Below, one piece after another: positions 49,401-63,922 of a stretch of DNA of 64,000 nucleotides; positions within the stretch are counted from its first letter, which is position 1; every line of letters starts with the position of its first letter. Source of the stretch: Oligoflexia bacterium (lineage in GTDB: Bacteria; Bdellovibrionota; UBA1018); the NCBI GenBank assembly GCA_963758495.1, contig CAVWVI010000003.1:544001-608000 (forward strand). Direction: 5' to 3'. Both the position numbers and the translations under genes were made by a program. The notes beneath the pieces are model-generated. The model was given only the letters and a program-made list of their open reading frames with translations, had not been told where the DNA came from and searched no databases.

Positions 49401-50348
49401 TTACTCCTGACTTTCTAAAAACCGTTCTGCATCGATCGCTGCCATACAACCTGTGCCAGCCGCAGTAATGGCTTGGCGATAAACATGATCAGCAACATCC
49501 CCTGCAGCAAATACACCGGGTACATTCGTACACGTTGATTTATGATCAGTCAAAATGTAGCCGGTCTCATCACATTTCAAATACTGCCTAAACAAAGCCG
49601 TATTGGGTTCATGCCCAATAGCCACAAAGACGCCATCCATTTTAAGCTCTTGAATCTCGTTTGTTTTGAGATTTTTTAATTCGATTCCAGTAACCGCATG
49701 ATCACCTAAAATTTCTTGAATTTCAGCATCCCAGATAAATTTGATTTTAGGATTTTTAGTCGCTTTATCTTGCATGATTTTGCTCGCACGCAACTTATCC
49801 CGTCGGTGAATAATCGTGACGGATTTTGCAAAGCGAGTCAAAAATGTCGCCTCTTCCATGGCCGTATCTCCACCCCCGACGACTGCAATATCTAAATTAC
49901 GAAAGAAAAAGCCATCACAGGTCGCACATGCAGATACGCCTTTACCCATCAATCTTTTTTCACTGGGTATACCGATCCATTTAGCAGAAGCTCCGGTAGA
50001 AATAATGAGAGTCTTGGTTTTAATTTGCTTACCGTTCGAAAACTCAATGGTAAATGGGCTTTTTGACAGATCCGCTCGAGTGATATTGCCTTGAAGAAAG
50101 CGTGTCCCAAACCGTTCTGCCTGTTTTCGAAAGGCCGTCATGAGATCTGGACCTAAAACAGGCTCCGCAAAGCCAGGGTAGTTCTCTACATCGCTCGTTA
50201 TAGTCAACTGCCCTCCAGGCTGGTCTCCTTCAACACACAGAGGGCGCAGGTTTGCCCTTGCACTGTAGATGGCTGCTGTCAGACCAGCCGGACCCGTTCC
50301 CAAGATGGTTATTGACTCTACATCACCCGAAGTCAGATTTGTTGTCAT
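49401..50348 (-). CDS. trxB: Thioredoxin reductase
   Basis: GTGPAG, CATCDG, GGGDTAMEEA, YRQAITAAG. Confidence 0.98.
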   Translation of the reverse strand: MTTNLTSGDVESITILGTGPAGLTAAIYSARANLRPLCVEGDQPGGQLTITSDVENYPGFAEPVLGPDLMTAFRKQAERFGTRFLQGNITRADLSKSPFTIEFSNGKQIKTKTLIISTGASAKWIGIPSEKRLMGKGVSACATCDGFFFRNLDIAVVGGGDTAMEEATFLTRFAKSVTIIHRRDKLRASKIMQDKATKNPKIKFIWDAEIQEILGDHAVTGIELKNLKTNEIQELKMDGVFVAIGHEPNTALFRQYLKCDETGYILTDHKSTCTNVPGVFAAGDVADHVYRQAITAAGTGCMAAIDAERFLESQE

Positions 50349-50357
50349 GAGGAACTC

Positions 50358-50576
50358 TTAATGCTGCTGATGAAGACCGCTACCGTTGGTTTCAGAGTCA
50401 TCCAAATCATGAGCCAGGGAGTCGATACTCACCCATTCAGCATTTTCTGAATCATCTGGGAGTTGAGAAACTGCTTTTTTGACGTCTTCAGCAGAAATCA
50501 CTCCACGAGCTACATTCCTCTCAACTAATCGGGTGTCTAATACCTTAAAATCTACAGAATCATGTAATAGTGCCAT
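50358..50576 (-). CDS. Small hypothetical protein
   Basis: DTRLVERN..G motif, in operon orientation ahead of trxB. Confidence 0.65.
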   Translation of the reverse strand: MALLHDSVDFKVLDTRLVERNVARGVISAEDVKKAVSQLPDDSENAEWVSIDSLAHDLDDSETNGSGLHQQH

Positions 50577-50640
50577 ATAAGATCATAGATAGATCGTCAG
50601 GTCTCTCTGTGTCAATAGAAGTAAGTCACAAGAAGTCACA

Positions 50641-51390
50641 TTAATGCCATGTCTTTGGGTCACGTTCTGAGTCTTTATCCAATTCATCTAGCTCTTGGTC
50701 ATTGTTTACAATTAACTTTAAATGTTTGGAACGACGCTTCTTGCTGCGATTTCCTGCCCATTTAGCAGTTGGGGATTTTTTTGCCAAAATCAGTGCCGTA
50801 CGTACCCATAGAAAACCAAATCCAGCTGCCATTCCCCCTAATTGAGCCAATCCCGCCCAGCGTCCACCCGATGAATAAAATGTTGTTAATAATTCAAGTA
50901 AAACAAGGATCCAGATGAAATGTTTCGCTTTTAACGGAAAAAGCATCATGAAATGTAATACTCGCTCCCCAAATAAAATCCCGTAGGCCAATAAAAGGCC
51001 ATAAATTGCTCCTGATGTTCCACTCATAGGAATTTGGGATGCCATGCCATGTAAAATGAGCGTCGTTAACAGGATATAAATGACACCACAGCTCGTTGCG
51101 CAAAAAAAGTAGTATTGTAAAAACCTCCGAGCCCCCCAAACAGCTTCTAACTCACTTCCGATAAAAGCGATCATCATTAAGTTAAAAAACACATGCATGA
51201 CATCGCTGTGCACAAAAGAATAAGTTAAAAGTTGCCAGAAGTGAAATTTATCAACAAAGTCATGAGGATTTAACGCAAACCACCTTGAAACGTGCATTCC
51301 CAAAAACTGGTCTGCAGTTTGCTGGATAAGAAAACTAACAAAATAGGTGATAATAAGAAATTTGACCGATTGAGTTAAACGAATTGGCAT
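50641..51390 (-). CDS. Rhomboid intramembrane serine protease family
   Basis: WQLLTYSFVH, HVFFN, GTSG. The catalytic His region reads LAQLGG instead of AHLGG. Confidence 0.85.
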   Translation of the reverse strand: MPIRLTQSVKFLIITYFVSFLIQQTADQFLGMHVSRWFALNPHDFVDKFHFWQLLTYSFVHSDVMHVFFNLMMIAFIGSELEAVWGARRFLQYYFFCATSCGVIYILLTTLILHGMASQIPMSGTSGAIYGLLLAYGILFGERVLHFMMLFPLKAKHFIWILVLLELLTTFYSSGGRWAGLAQLGGMAAGFGFLWVRTALILAKKSPTAKWAGNRSKKRRSKHLKLIVNNDQELDELDKDSERDPKTWH

Positions 51391-51408
51391 AAGATGTTTA
51401 ACTATATA

Positions 51409-51816
51409 CTAACCTGGCTCCATGACCTCAATGAGAATTCCTCCTGCGGAAGCAGGGTGAATAAAATTTATCTTCATTCCATGGGCACCCGCTTGAGGAT
51501 GCTCGTAAAGAAGTCGATATCCAGCTGATCGTAGCTTCTCACAAAGGGGCTCTAACTCGCCGGATTGAACTGAAAATGACAAATGATGCAATCCTGGGCC
51601 CCATTTTTTAAGAAAATGTGAAATCGGTCCATCTTCGCCCAGTGGCTCTAGAAGCTCAAGATGACTTTGTGTATTCGGAAAAGGAAGAAAATGAGTATTA
51701 ACGCCTTGCTGCAAAACACTTTCAACATGATTCACTTCTAAATCTAATAATGAAAACAGTTTCTTCATCCCAATTAAGTCTGAAACTGCGATTCCAATAT
51801 GATTTAAGTTGGCCAT
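51409..51816 (-). CDS. mce: Methylmalonyl-CoA epimerase / VOC family
   Basis: LNHIGIAV, LELLEP, GLHHL, GAHG..INFIHP..GGILIE. Confidence 0.85.
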   Translation of the reverse strand: MANLNHIGIAVSDLIGMKKLFSLLDLEVNHVESVLQQGVNTHFLPFPNTQSHLELLEPLGEDGPISHFLKKWGPGLHHLSFSVQSGELEPLCEKLRSAGYRLLYEHPQAGAHGMKINFIHPASAGGILIEVMEPG

Positions 51817-51829
51817 ATAAAAAGTAAAG

Positions 51830-51945
51830 CAGGTACTAAAATAGGACGAGGACCACCACCACTTGTTGCTGTACCCAAATTCGCCTCCTGAGACGCGAAC
51901 CTAGCAAATGATAGAGGTCCTCAGTCAAGTCGCCTAAGCATCGAT
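51830..51945. ncRNA. Putative structured non-coding RNA (family not identified)
   Basis: Nested inverted repeats (GAGGACC/GGTCCTC outer stem plus inner stems) in a GC-richer intergenic patch. Confidence 0.4.
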
Positions 51946-52057
51946 TACCCACCAAAGTCCTCTTAGCCTAGACATTAGACTCATCGACGCTTTTTGGATG
52001 AACTTAAATTTTTCTTTTAGTACTCAAACTGAATGTTGAGATAACTTGAACTTATTC

Positions 52058-52174
52058 TTAAGCAAGTCGAGATTTATGCACGGATTCACGACGCTTTTTG
52101 AGCATCACCTTCTTTGCAACCTGTCGTTTACGGTTCTTCATCTTCTGTGTTTTTTGTTTTCTGCCTCGTCCCAT
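52058..52174 (-). CDS. 38-aa highly basic small protein
   Basis: MGRGRKQKTQKMKNRKRQVAKKVMLKKRRESVHKSRLA*; below the ORF-track length cutoff. Confidence 0.6.
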   Translation of the reverse strand: MGRGRKQKTQKMKNRKRQVAKKVMLKKRRESVHKSRLA

Positions 52175-52444
52175 AGCGTAAAGGTTTCTGACACTTCGAA
52201 TAAATAATCAAGTAAATTCATCCGCACCTTGCTAAGAAAAATATTCCGTCAGTTACCTGACATGCAGACTCCTCTTTTAATGCATAGGGAAATTCATAAA
52301 TCATAGATTGCTCGCTTCTTTTGCTTCTGTTAGCCTTAAAAAAAGGGAATCATTGTACCACTTATGTAGATAGAATCATTCTAAAAATAGAAAATTTGGA
52401 CTTGAATAGCAAATACCTAGGAAAGGTATTCACAGGGAGAGAGC

Positions 52445-53011
52445 ATGGAAACGCAAAACCCAATTGAAATGCCACAAACCGAATTTCCTCCTGGCTCCTC
52501 TGTTATTTACGCCATGCATGGGAAATGCAACGTATTAGGAACAGAAACCCGCTCTTTAGGCGGTGAATCCATCCGATTTTATAAACTAGAGCTCAAAAAA
52601 TCGATGCTTTCGCGATCCTCTCGTCTGGAACCTGCAATTTGGGTCCCCGTGGCAACAGCTAAGAATCGAGGGCTTCGCGCGCCCATGACAAAGGCAGAAG
52701 CCGAAGCAGCACTAAAAATCCTCCAAAGTAGAGAATACTATTTTAGAGTCAATGAGCCATGGCTCACCATTCAACCCCAGCTAGAAGCATCTATCCGCTT
52801 AGAGGGTGGAGTTGGGTTAGCTAAAGTAGCAAGTTATCTTTTTGTCTTAAAACGCAAACAGATTGTGCCTTCATCTGAAATCATAAAACTCCAGGAAACT
52901 GTTCATAAGCTCCTCTTTAGAGAACTAGCGGATGCACTAGGAGAGTTCAGTAAAGTCCTCGAAGAAAGAGTCAGTAAAGGGTTCAAGTCAAAACTGATTC
53001 CTGATCTTTGA
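52445..53011 (+). CDS. CarD-like transcription factor
   Basis: FPPGSSVIYAMHGKCNV...FYKL...IWVPV...GLR, a CarD/TRCF RID-like pattern. Confidence 0.75.
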   Translation: METQNPIEMPQTEFPPGSSVIYAMHGKCNVLGTETRSLGGESIRFYKLELKKSMLSRSSRLEPAIWVPVATAKNRGLRAPMTKAEAEAALKILQSREYYFRVNEPWLTIQPQLEASIRLEGGVGLAKVASYLFVLKRKQIVPSSEIIKLQETVHKLLFRELADALGEFSKVLEERVSKGFKSKLIPDL

Positions 53012-53096
53012 TTATAATAGGATGGATCTTCTAAGATACCGTAATGGTATTGTTGATGATAAATATAATTAAACAGAATTAAGAAATAAAAAAAAA

Positions 53097-53213
53097 TGGG
53101 GGCATCGAGCTATGTTAGCGCCGAGCTACCTCGGTACTAGTTTCGCCGCGGGCAGGCTTAACTTCTGAGTTCGGGATGGGATCAGGTGTAACCCCGCCGC
53201 TATAGACACCCCC
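53097..53213 (-). rRNA. rrf: 5S rRNA
   Basis: Reverse complement contains CCTGATCCCATCCCGAACTCAGAAGTTAAG; ends approximate. Confidence 0.95.
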
Positions 53214-53395
53214 AAACTTGGGAGAGATCTCTGTGCGACAGAATGAAGCACAGTTAAAACTGTTTTTAGATAAAGGCTGAGTCCCTTCTCAGAAACCTGA
53301 GAATAGGGAAGAATAAAAAAAGAGATTTAACTCTTTGATTTTCGCATCAGAATTCATTTTAACTCGATACCTTTACAGGTATTTTATTAAAAATA

Positions 53396-56386
<2,991 letters not shown>

Positions 56387-56892
56387 TTTCTAGCTTCGAA
56401 TCAATGACCTAGTTGCCTAGCTCACTTTTTCTACTCTTCGCCTATTCGCAGATCTCTGAAATCTCCTCACTTCACTTTCGCTCCATTCAGATTTTTCAGT
56501 TCAAAGTCGTCTCGAATCCATCTATTCGGTTCGCTCGTTTCTTTGTTCAGATATTTTGTTCGTGTTCCTGATTTCCATCCATCTCGTGAACTCTTCCTAT
56601 TCCTTTTAAAAAATAAAAAACTTTCCTTCGACTTCCTTCTATCAGTATACATTTTAACTTCTTATGAAATTTAACTTCCATAAAAAGCTCCTTCAGCAAT
56701 TTCTTATTCATGAGAGCGTGATGCCACTTCATAAACTTTCGTTACAAAAGTCTAATCCATTCATCACACTATTATTTTAACTGTACTATTCTGTTGTCAA
56801 AGATCTCTCATCACTGACCCTCGGATAAATCCACTGCCCGTAGACCCAAAGAATTACTTCCTTGGCTAAACTTTATCTATTCTTAACAATCT

Positions 56893-56969
<77 letters not shown>

Positions 56970-57136
56970 GCTGGATCGCAGCCAGATTGCTAATTAAAAC
57001 TGATGTGGTGAATCTCTTGAAAGAGAAAATGGAGAAGAGAGGACTTTAAATCTCAATAAAATTTTTGGTCATCCTAAAACTTCCAAAAAGTAAATGAGAC
57101 TTGACCGGAATGTTTCGTCACTTGCGTGAGAAATGT

Positions 57137-58698
<1,562 letters not shown>

Positions 58699-58959
58699 TA
58701 CTTTTTGTGACTAGGTCTCTTACGCCTCGTTTCCTCAGCGTAGGTCCTAGTTAAAATCAAACAGTTTTTAATCCTTCGACTCAATTTCTCTATATATAAT
58801 GCCTAAGCATTACGCGCTCGTAAGTTATTATTTGCTTCAAAGATATTGATTCGGAGTTTTCGACATCACCCTATCTTGCTAATCCGCTCGCTTACGCTTG
58901 CCGATCAGGATAGAGCTGCCTGCCTACTCGCCCCCACTTTCTCTTTCAAAAAATTCATC

Positions 58960-59075
58960 ACATCTTGTCAAAGATCAACCGCATTTGTTTTTTTAAAACT
59001 CAGCGGCGAGGTCCGCTGTTAATAACCATAACGCATGTTAGACGCAACGTTTATTTTACAATTATTTCATTTTTT
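58960..59075 (-). promoter_or_regulatory. rrn promoter and boxA
   Basis: Minus strand: A/T tract, TTGCGT-17-TATTAA, GC-rich discriminator. BoxA-like GATCTTTGACAA near 58965-58976, with a second copy in the ITS near 56794-56805. Confidence 0.6.
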
Positions 59076-59095
59076 TTTTAAAAGACCATTTTTGA

Positions 59096-60061
59096 TCACC
59101 AAGCAGGGATTTGGTAAGCTCGCATTCGCCGGATAAGAGTTGTCTTGTTTATACCTATGGCTCGAGCTGTACGATTTACTCTGCCCCCATACTTTCCTAA
59201 AGCTCGCTGTAAGTACTCTTTTTCAAATCTTGCCAATGAATCTTGAAAATTTAGAGTAAGGGTCGTTTCGGCAACTCCTAATACTGAAGAATTTATCATA
59301 AGCTGATCTTGAATTAAGTTTGAACGATTCAGAATCAGCCATTGAGGCAAATCACCTAAGACGATTTGAGCACTTTCACTCGATAAAACAGCATATTCTA
59401 GGACATTTCGTAATTCTCGAATATTTCCGGGCCAATCATATGTTTCAAACTTCTCAGCAACACCAGGAGACAAACTTAAAATAGAACGACCCATTTTCGA
59501 GCAGATATCCTGAAGACATGAGTGTACGATCTCGTCGAATTCCTCATGCCTTTCGCACAGTGAAGCAAGAGGAATCGAAATAACTCTGAGTCGGTGGAAT
59601 AAGTCTTCTCGAAATTCTCCTTTCTTGACTGCACTCTGAAGATTTTTATGGGTAGCTGCGATAATTCGTACATTCAAATGCACTTCACGATTACTACCCA
59701 CAGGAGAGATGACTTGCGTTTGTAAAAACTCCAACAATCGTGCCTGTAGCCTAGGCGACAATTCCCCTATCTCATCTAGGAAGACCGTACCACCTTGAGC
59801 TAACTCAAGCTTACCCACTCTCTTCTGATCGGCTCCTGTAAACGATCCTTTTTCATGCCCAAAGAGCTCAGATTCAAGAGTACCTTCATGAAGTGTTGCT
59901 AGATTAACAGCGATAAAAGGGCGCGCCCTTCTAGAACTATGCTCATGTATTTTCCTTGCTAAAGAACTCTTCCCGGTTCCCGTATTCCCTGTGATCAGAA
60001 CGATCGTGTCACTTTCGCATGTAATTTTAAATAGTTTCCCTAAATTTTTAGAAATATTCAT
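59096..60061 (-). CDS. Sigma54 enhancer-binding protein lacking a sensory domain (AAA+ and Fis-type HTH)
   Basis: GNTGTGKS, ESELFGHEKGSFTGA, FLDEIG, WPGNIREL; GAGG RBS before ATG 60061. Confidence 0.9.
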   Translation of the reverse strand: MNISKNLGKLFKITCESDTIVLITGNTGTGKSSLARKIHEHSSRRARPFIAVNLATLHEGTLESELFGHEKGSFTGADQKRVGKLELAQGGTVFLDEIGELSPRLQARLLEFLQTQVISPVGSNREVHLNVRIIAATHKNLQSAVKKGEFREDLFHRLRVISIPLASLCERHEEFDEIVHSCLQDICSKMGRSILSLSPGVAEKFETYDWPGNIRELRNVLEYAVLSSESAQIVLGDLPQWLILNRSNLIQDQLMINSSVLGVAETTLTLNFQDSLARFEKEYLQRALGKYGGRVNRTARAIGINKTTLIRRMRAYQIPAW

Positions 60062-60109
60062 TTTCCTTACCTCAATAATAGAATCAATAATTTGTTCCCG
60101 TCCCCTAAA

Positions 60110-60126
60110 AGCAAATAACAAGCCAA
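60110..60126 (-). promoter_or_regulatory. Putative sigma54 -24/-12 promoter
   Basis: Minus strand TTGGCTTGTTATTTGCT (GG-N10-GC), about 50 nt upstream of ATG 60061. Confidence 0.6.
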
Positions 60127-60269
60127 CTCAGGCACTATTCTAAAGAGGTTAAATGCTAACTTTTTCTATATAAATGTAGGTTTTTTCCATCACATGCACA
60201 GAAAGTGTTGGGATAAACCTACAAAATAGTTTAATATACACCCACACTTGAACAAAGGACCTCTAGTCA

Positions 60270-61670
60270 ATGCGTAAGAAAAAAATCCTAATCTGTGATG
60301 ACGATTCATTATTTCACATCCATTTGAAGCATTCTTTATTAAAGGATCAGTTCGAATTGATCTCTGCCTTAAATGGTGATGAAGCAGTGGCAATCGTTAA
60401 AAGTCATTCAATTGATATCTTATTGCTTGATATTCAAATGAGGAGCCGTGATGAAGGATTTCACTTCATTCCTAAGTTTTTAGAGATTGATCCTCATCTT
60501 GCAATTGTCGTAACCAGTTCATTAGTTGACTTTATAGCAGTCAGAGAGGCGATTCAGCTCGGAGCAGCAGACTATATTGTAAAAGACTTGGATTTACCGC
60601 TCTTAATTCACACACTCAACCAAGTCCTTGAGCGTCGCTCCTCATTCAACCCACACCAGCCGAATCATTTTGATACTCTTTCGATCCATAAACAGAACAT
60701 CCTCATTGGAGAGAGTGCCCAAATCCAAGAGCTAAAGAAAAACATAGAAAAAATCCGACGGAGTCATGCAAACGTTATCATTACCGGAGAAACAGGGACA
60801 GGAAAGGAATTGGTCGCGCGTCAACTAAGAACGCCGCTACCTAATGGGACCTTGGCACCGTTTCTTTCAATAGATTCCTCTACCATTCAAAGCTCGATCG
60901 CTGAGAGTATTTTATTTGGACATGAAAAAGGTGCATTTACTGGAGCGGATAAATTAGTCAAAGGCCTCTTTGAAGAAGCCGACAATGGCATCGTCTATTT
61001 TGACGAAGTTTCAAATATGCCATTAGATATCCAAGCTAAGTTACTTCGTGTTCTGCAAGAAAGAGAAGTAACCCGAATCGGTTCATCAAAGGTGCTCAAG
61101 CTCAACTTTCGTGTTATCTGCGCAACGAATCAAAACTTAGAATGTATGGTACAAGCAGGGAAATTTAAAAATGACCTCCTCCAGCGCCTCAATGTAATCC
61201 CGATTTCCTTACCTCCGCTCCGAGAAAGACAGAATGATATTCCGTTACTTATTTCTCAGTTTATCTTAAAGCAACCCACACCTTTTGGAAGTCTGAAATT
61301 TACTGAACGCGCAATTGAGTTCCTTAAAACTTACAGTTGGCCAGGCAATGTACGTGAGCTGGCAAATACAATAACGTATTTGGCCACTATGATCGAAGGG
61401 AGTGAAGTAGATATTTCCGATTTGCCTGCTAAATTTTTGAAAATTGAAAAAGAAACTGATTATATAAATATAACTAAAGAAATTCCGCATAGTCAGGAAT
61501 CATTTTATTCGAGGATTTCGAATTTTGAAAAAACCTTACTCTCACAAGAATACTTACGTTTCGATGGAAATATCATGCAACTCGCTGCTTCATTAAAAAT
61601 GGACAGATCTCATCTTTACACAAAATTAAAAAAATTTGGGATACATAAAACAAGTTCATCGCTCAACTGA
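60270..61670 (+). CDS. NtrC-family sigma54 response regulator (REC-AAA+-HTH)
   Basis: ILICDDD, LLDIQM, GETGTGKE, LFGHEKGAFTGA, WPGNVREL, terminal HTH. Confidence 0.93.
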   Translation: MRKKKILICDDDSLFHIHLKHSLLKDQFELISALNGDEAVAIVKSHSIDILLLDIQMRSRDEGFHFIPKFLEIDPHLAIVVTSSLVDFIAVREAIQLGAADYIVKDLDLPLLIHTLNQVLERRSSFNPHQPNHFDTLSIHKQNILIGESAQIQELKKNIEKIRRSHANVIITGETGTGKELVARQLRTPLPNGTLAPFLSIDSSTIQSSIAESILFGHEKGAFTGADKLVKGLFEEADNGIVYFDEVSNMPLDIQAKLLRVLQEREVTRIGSSKVLKLNFRVICATNQNLECMVQAGKFKNDLLQRLNVIPISLPPLRERQNDIPLLISQFILKQPTPFGSLKFTERAIEFLKTYSWPGNVRELANTITYLATMIEGSEVDISDLPAKFLKIEKETDYINITKEIPHSQESFYSRISNFEKTLLSQEYLRFDGNIMQLAASLKMDRSHLYTKLKKFGIHKTSSSLN

Positions 61671-62664
61671 TTTTTTTGTCCATTTCAATTTTATGATGCA
61701 CTCCCTTTTTTAAATTATCTTTTTTCACAGCCTGTTTTTTCTTTTTAACCTTATGCTTTTTTAAGCTTGGAAGCAAAACACTGTTACGATCCATGTGTCT
61801 TGAATTACCTCTGGACATCCACAACAAAGAACCTAAAAGCAAGAGCCCTAATATTCCTATAAAAATACTCTTAATAGTATTTTCTAACGTCCATCCCATT
61901 TGTTCATCAATCACCGCTTCTGCAGAATGTTCAAATTTTGATATGACCGGAGGAAGTGGCACTAATACAGGAGCCGGCGGAGGAACGGGTGCAGGCACAA
62001 GATTAAGCACAGGTTGTGAATTGATCATCATCTGATTATCTATAATATTGGGTGATCCATTAGATACCTGAGGTTCCTGGCTAGATATTTGCCTAGATGT
62101 CTGAACCACTCCCTGAGCAACTTCCTGACCAGCCACGTGACTTGCCACCTGGCGCAATACGCCTACTCCTTGAATTAAAACTCTACCAGAAGTAGCCTGA
62201 CGAATTGTGCCATCCTCTTCCAGGATGAGTTTATCCCCCGTCTGAATTAAATTTGGCTTTGCAATATTTCGTGAATTTTTTCGCAGCAACTCATTAAAGG
62301 AATCTGTCTCTCCGTATTTCCATCTTAAAATTCGAACAAACCAATCATTTGGCTGCACGACATAAGTTGAAGTGATCTCAGGTATGCGATAATTTAAAAC
62401 AGTGTTTTCTTGAAGATGCTGATCGGGTTGAAGTTTTTGAACGGCTTGATTATCATCTTGCAACTTCGTCCACCAACTTCGGTGGCCATATAACAGATGG
62501 GCAACCTTTCTCAGAGTATCACCCCGACTTGTTCGATAAGTACTTGTAGTGACAAGTCGCTTTTCTAGGGGTGGATCAGGAGTTGCTTTCTCTCTCGCAG
62601 ATGCAATCGACCCCAATAATAGTAAATACAATAACATAACCTTAAATAAGCCCGTCATAGCCAT
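61663..62664 (-). CDS. Exported LysM-domain protein with Pro-rich linker and C-terminal membrane anchor
   Basis: YRTSRGDTLRKVA, YVVQPND...PNLIQTGDKL, PAPVPPPAP, TM helix plus basic tail. Confidence 0.8.
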   Translation of the reverse strand: MAMTGLFKVMLLYLLLLGSIASAREKATPDPPLEKRLVTTSTYRTSRGDTLRKVAHLLYGHRSWWTKLQDDNQAVQKLQPDQHLQENTVLNYRIPEITSTYVVQPNDWFVRILRWKYGETDSFNELLRKNSRNIAKPNLIQTGDKLILEEDGTIRQATSGRVLIQGVGVLRQVASHVAGQEVAQGVVQTSRQISSQEPQVSNGSPNIIDNQMMINSQPVLNLVPAPVPPPAPVLVPLPPVISKFEHSAEAVIDEQMGWTLENTIKSIFIGILGLLLLGSLLWMSRGNSRHMDRNSVLLPSLKKHKVKKKKQAVKKDNLKKGVHHKIEMDKKIS

Positions 62665-62805
62665 CTTTTCGACAAAGAAGGGAAGAATATTTAAAGTTCT
62701 GTTAAAAAAAATAGATTTTGATGCATGTAGTTACAAGAATTAAGTCATTTCCTTAAACATTCCGTGGACCTCAGCAGCTCAATATCGAACCTGGTTCCAA
62801 GCCAA

Positions 62806-62848
62806 CAAAAAACAGATGGGTGAACACGTTCACCAGTATTCACCCATC
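62806..62848 (-). terminator. Intrinsic terminator
   Basis: Minus strand GATGGGTGAATAC-loop-GTGTTCACCCATC-TGTTTTTT. Confidence 0.7.
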
Positions 62849-62916
62849 ACGGATAACAAAATAGCTCAATGAGCTATAAGATTAGATAAGGAAAGGCGAG
62901 CTCGAAACCCTTCTTT

Positions 62917-63879
62917 TTACCAGCATAGGCACAGGTATGGATAAGTTCCATAACCAGTCGAACAGGTCGATTCATCTCCCCAACTGTCGTTGAGCGAATT
63001 GAGAAATTGAGCGGCTTCGCCACCAAAACCGGATGATGCCCAATCATTACAGTTTCCATTATTTGAGCCACCCGGAAGAGCTCCGCCTGAAACGAATCCA
63101 GTCCAAGCCTGGGTGGATGCAAAACCGGTTCCGGTCATTTCCGCATAGGGAGGGGCGCTTAAAGCTATAAAAGCACTAATGCTTGAGGAGATTTGAGTTC
63201 CACTTATATTGAGGATGGGCAGTGATGTGGGTACACTGAAGGTGGCAGCCAAAGTCGTTACCCCAGCAGTTGCAGAATACCCCAGTAAGGCGACAAAATT
63301 ACTACAAGTGATTGATCCAGAATAGGTACTCGTATAATCGGTGTGGCACTGATTCGTGGTAGTTGTCCTTGAACCCACATTTTGGCCCGAATAAGACGAA
63401 TTGGACTCGTACATATAAATAGGCGTACTAGCACTAAATGAAAGAGTGCACGACGAAGTGATGGCCCCTGTTGTATAGGTAGAGCCACTCCAACTTCCTG
63501 CTGGACAAGTTCCTCCTACAGTATTTGATAGAGAGTAACCTGTGCTAGCCGTTACTGTAAAAGATTGAGTGGAGTTATAATTTACTGTTTGAGCCGTACT
63601 AGGGCTTAGAGTGACATGACTCCCGGATGGAGTGACTGTTGATGTCATCAGAGTAGCACTAAACGTAACCGTACAGTCTGCGGTAATGGCGCCGGTTGTA
63701 TAAGTAGTACCGCTCCAGGTTCCTCCTGCACAGCTTCCACCTACCGTGACTGGGGTTGCGTAGCCACTATTAGCAGTCACTACGAAAGTAATGAAGGGGT
63801 AACAGCTATTTTTATAATAATTTAAGAATAATAATATTATAAATTCAAGTGAAATTATTATCTTCACTCGAAAGATCAA
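62917..63879 (-). CDS. Ser/Thr-rich beta-repeat surface protein with Cys-containing C-terminal domain, probably 5'-truncated
   Basis: Two copies of FxVTAxxGY...VGGxC.AGxWSGxTYTTGAITxxCTxxFSA; the first copy begins mid-repeat. The C-terminus ends YLCLCW. Confidence 0.65.
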   Translation of the reverse strand: MIFRVKIIISLEFIILLFLNYYKNSCYPFITFVVTANSGYATPVTVGGSCAGGTWSGTTYTTGAITADCTVTFSATLMTSTVTPSGSHVTLSPSTAQTVNYNSTQSFTVTASTGYSLSNTVGGTCPAGSWSGSTYTTGAITSSCTLSFSASTPIYMYESNSSYSGQNVGSRTTTTNQCHTDYTSTYSGSITCSNFVALLGYSATAGVTTLAATFSVPTSLPILNISGTQISSSISAFIALSAPPYAEMTGTGFASTQAWTGFVSGGALPGGSNNGNCNDWASSGFGGEAAQFLNSLNDSWGDESTCSTGYGTYPYLCLCW

Positions 63880-63922
63880 GGCAAAAGACTTTCCAACACA
63901 TTGGGATTGCGAGGCGGGTCTT

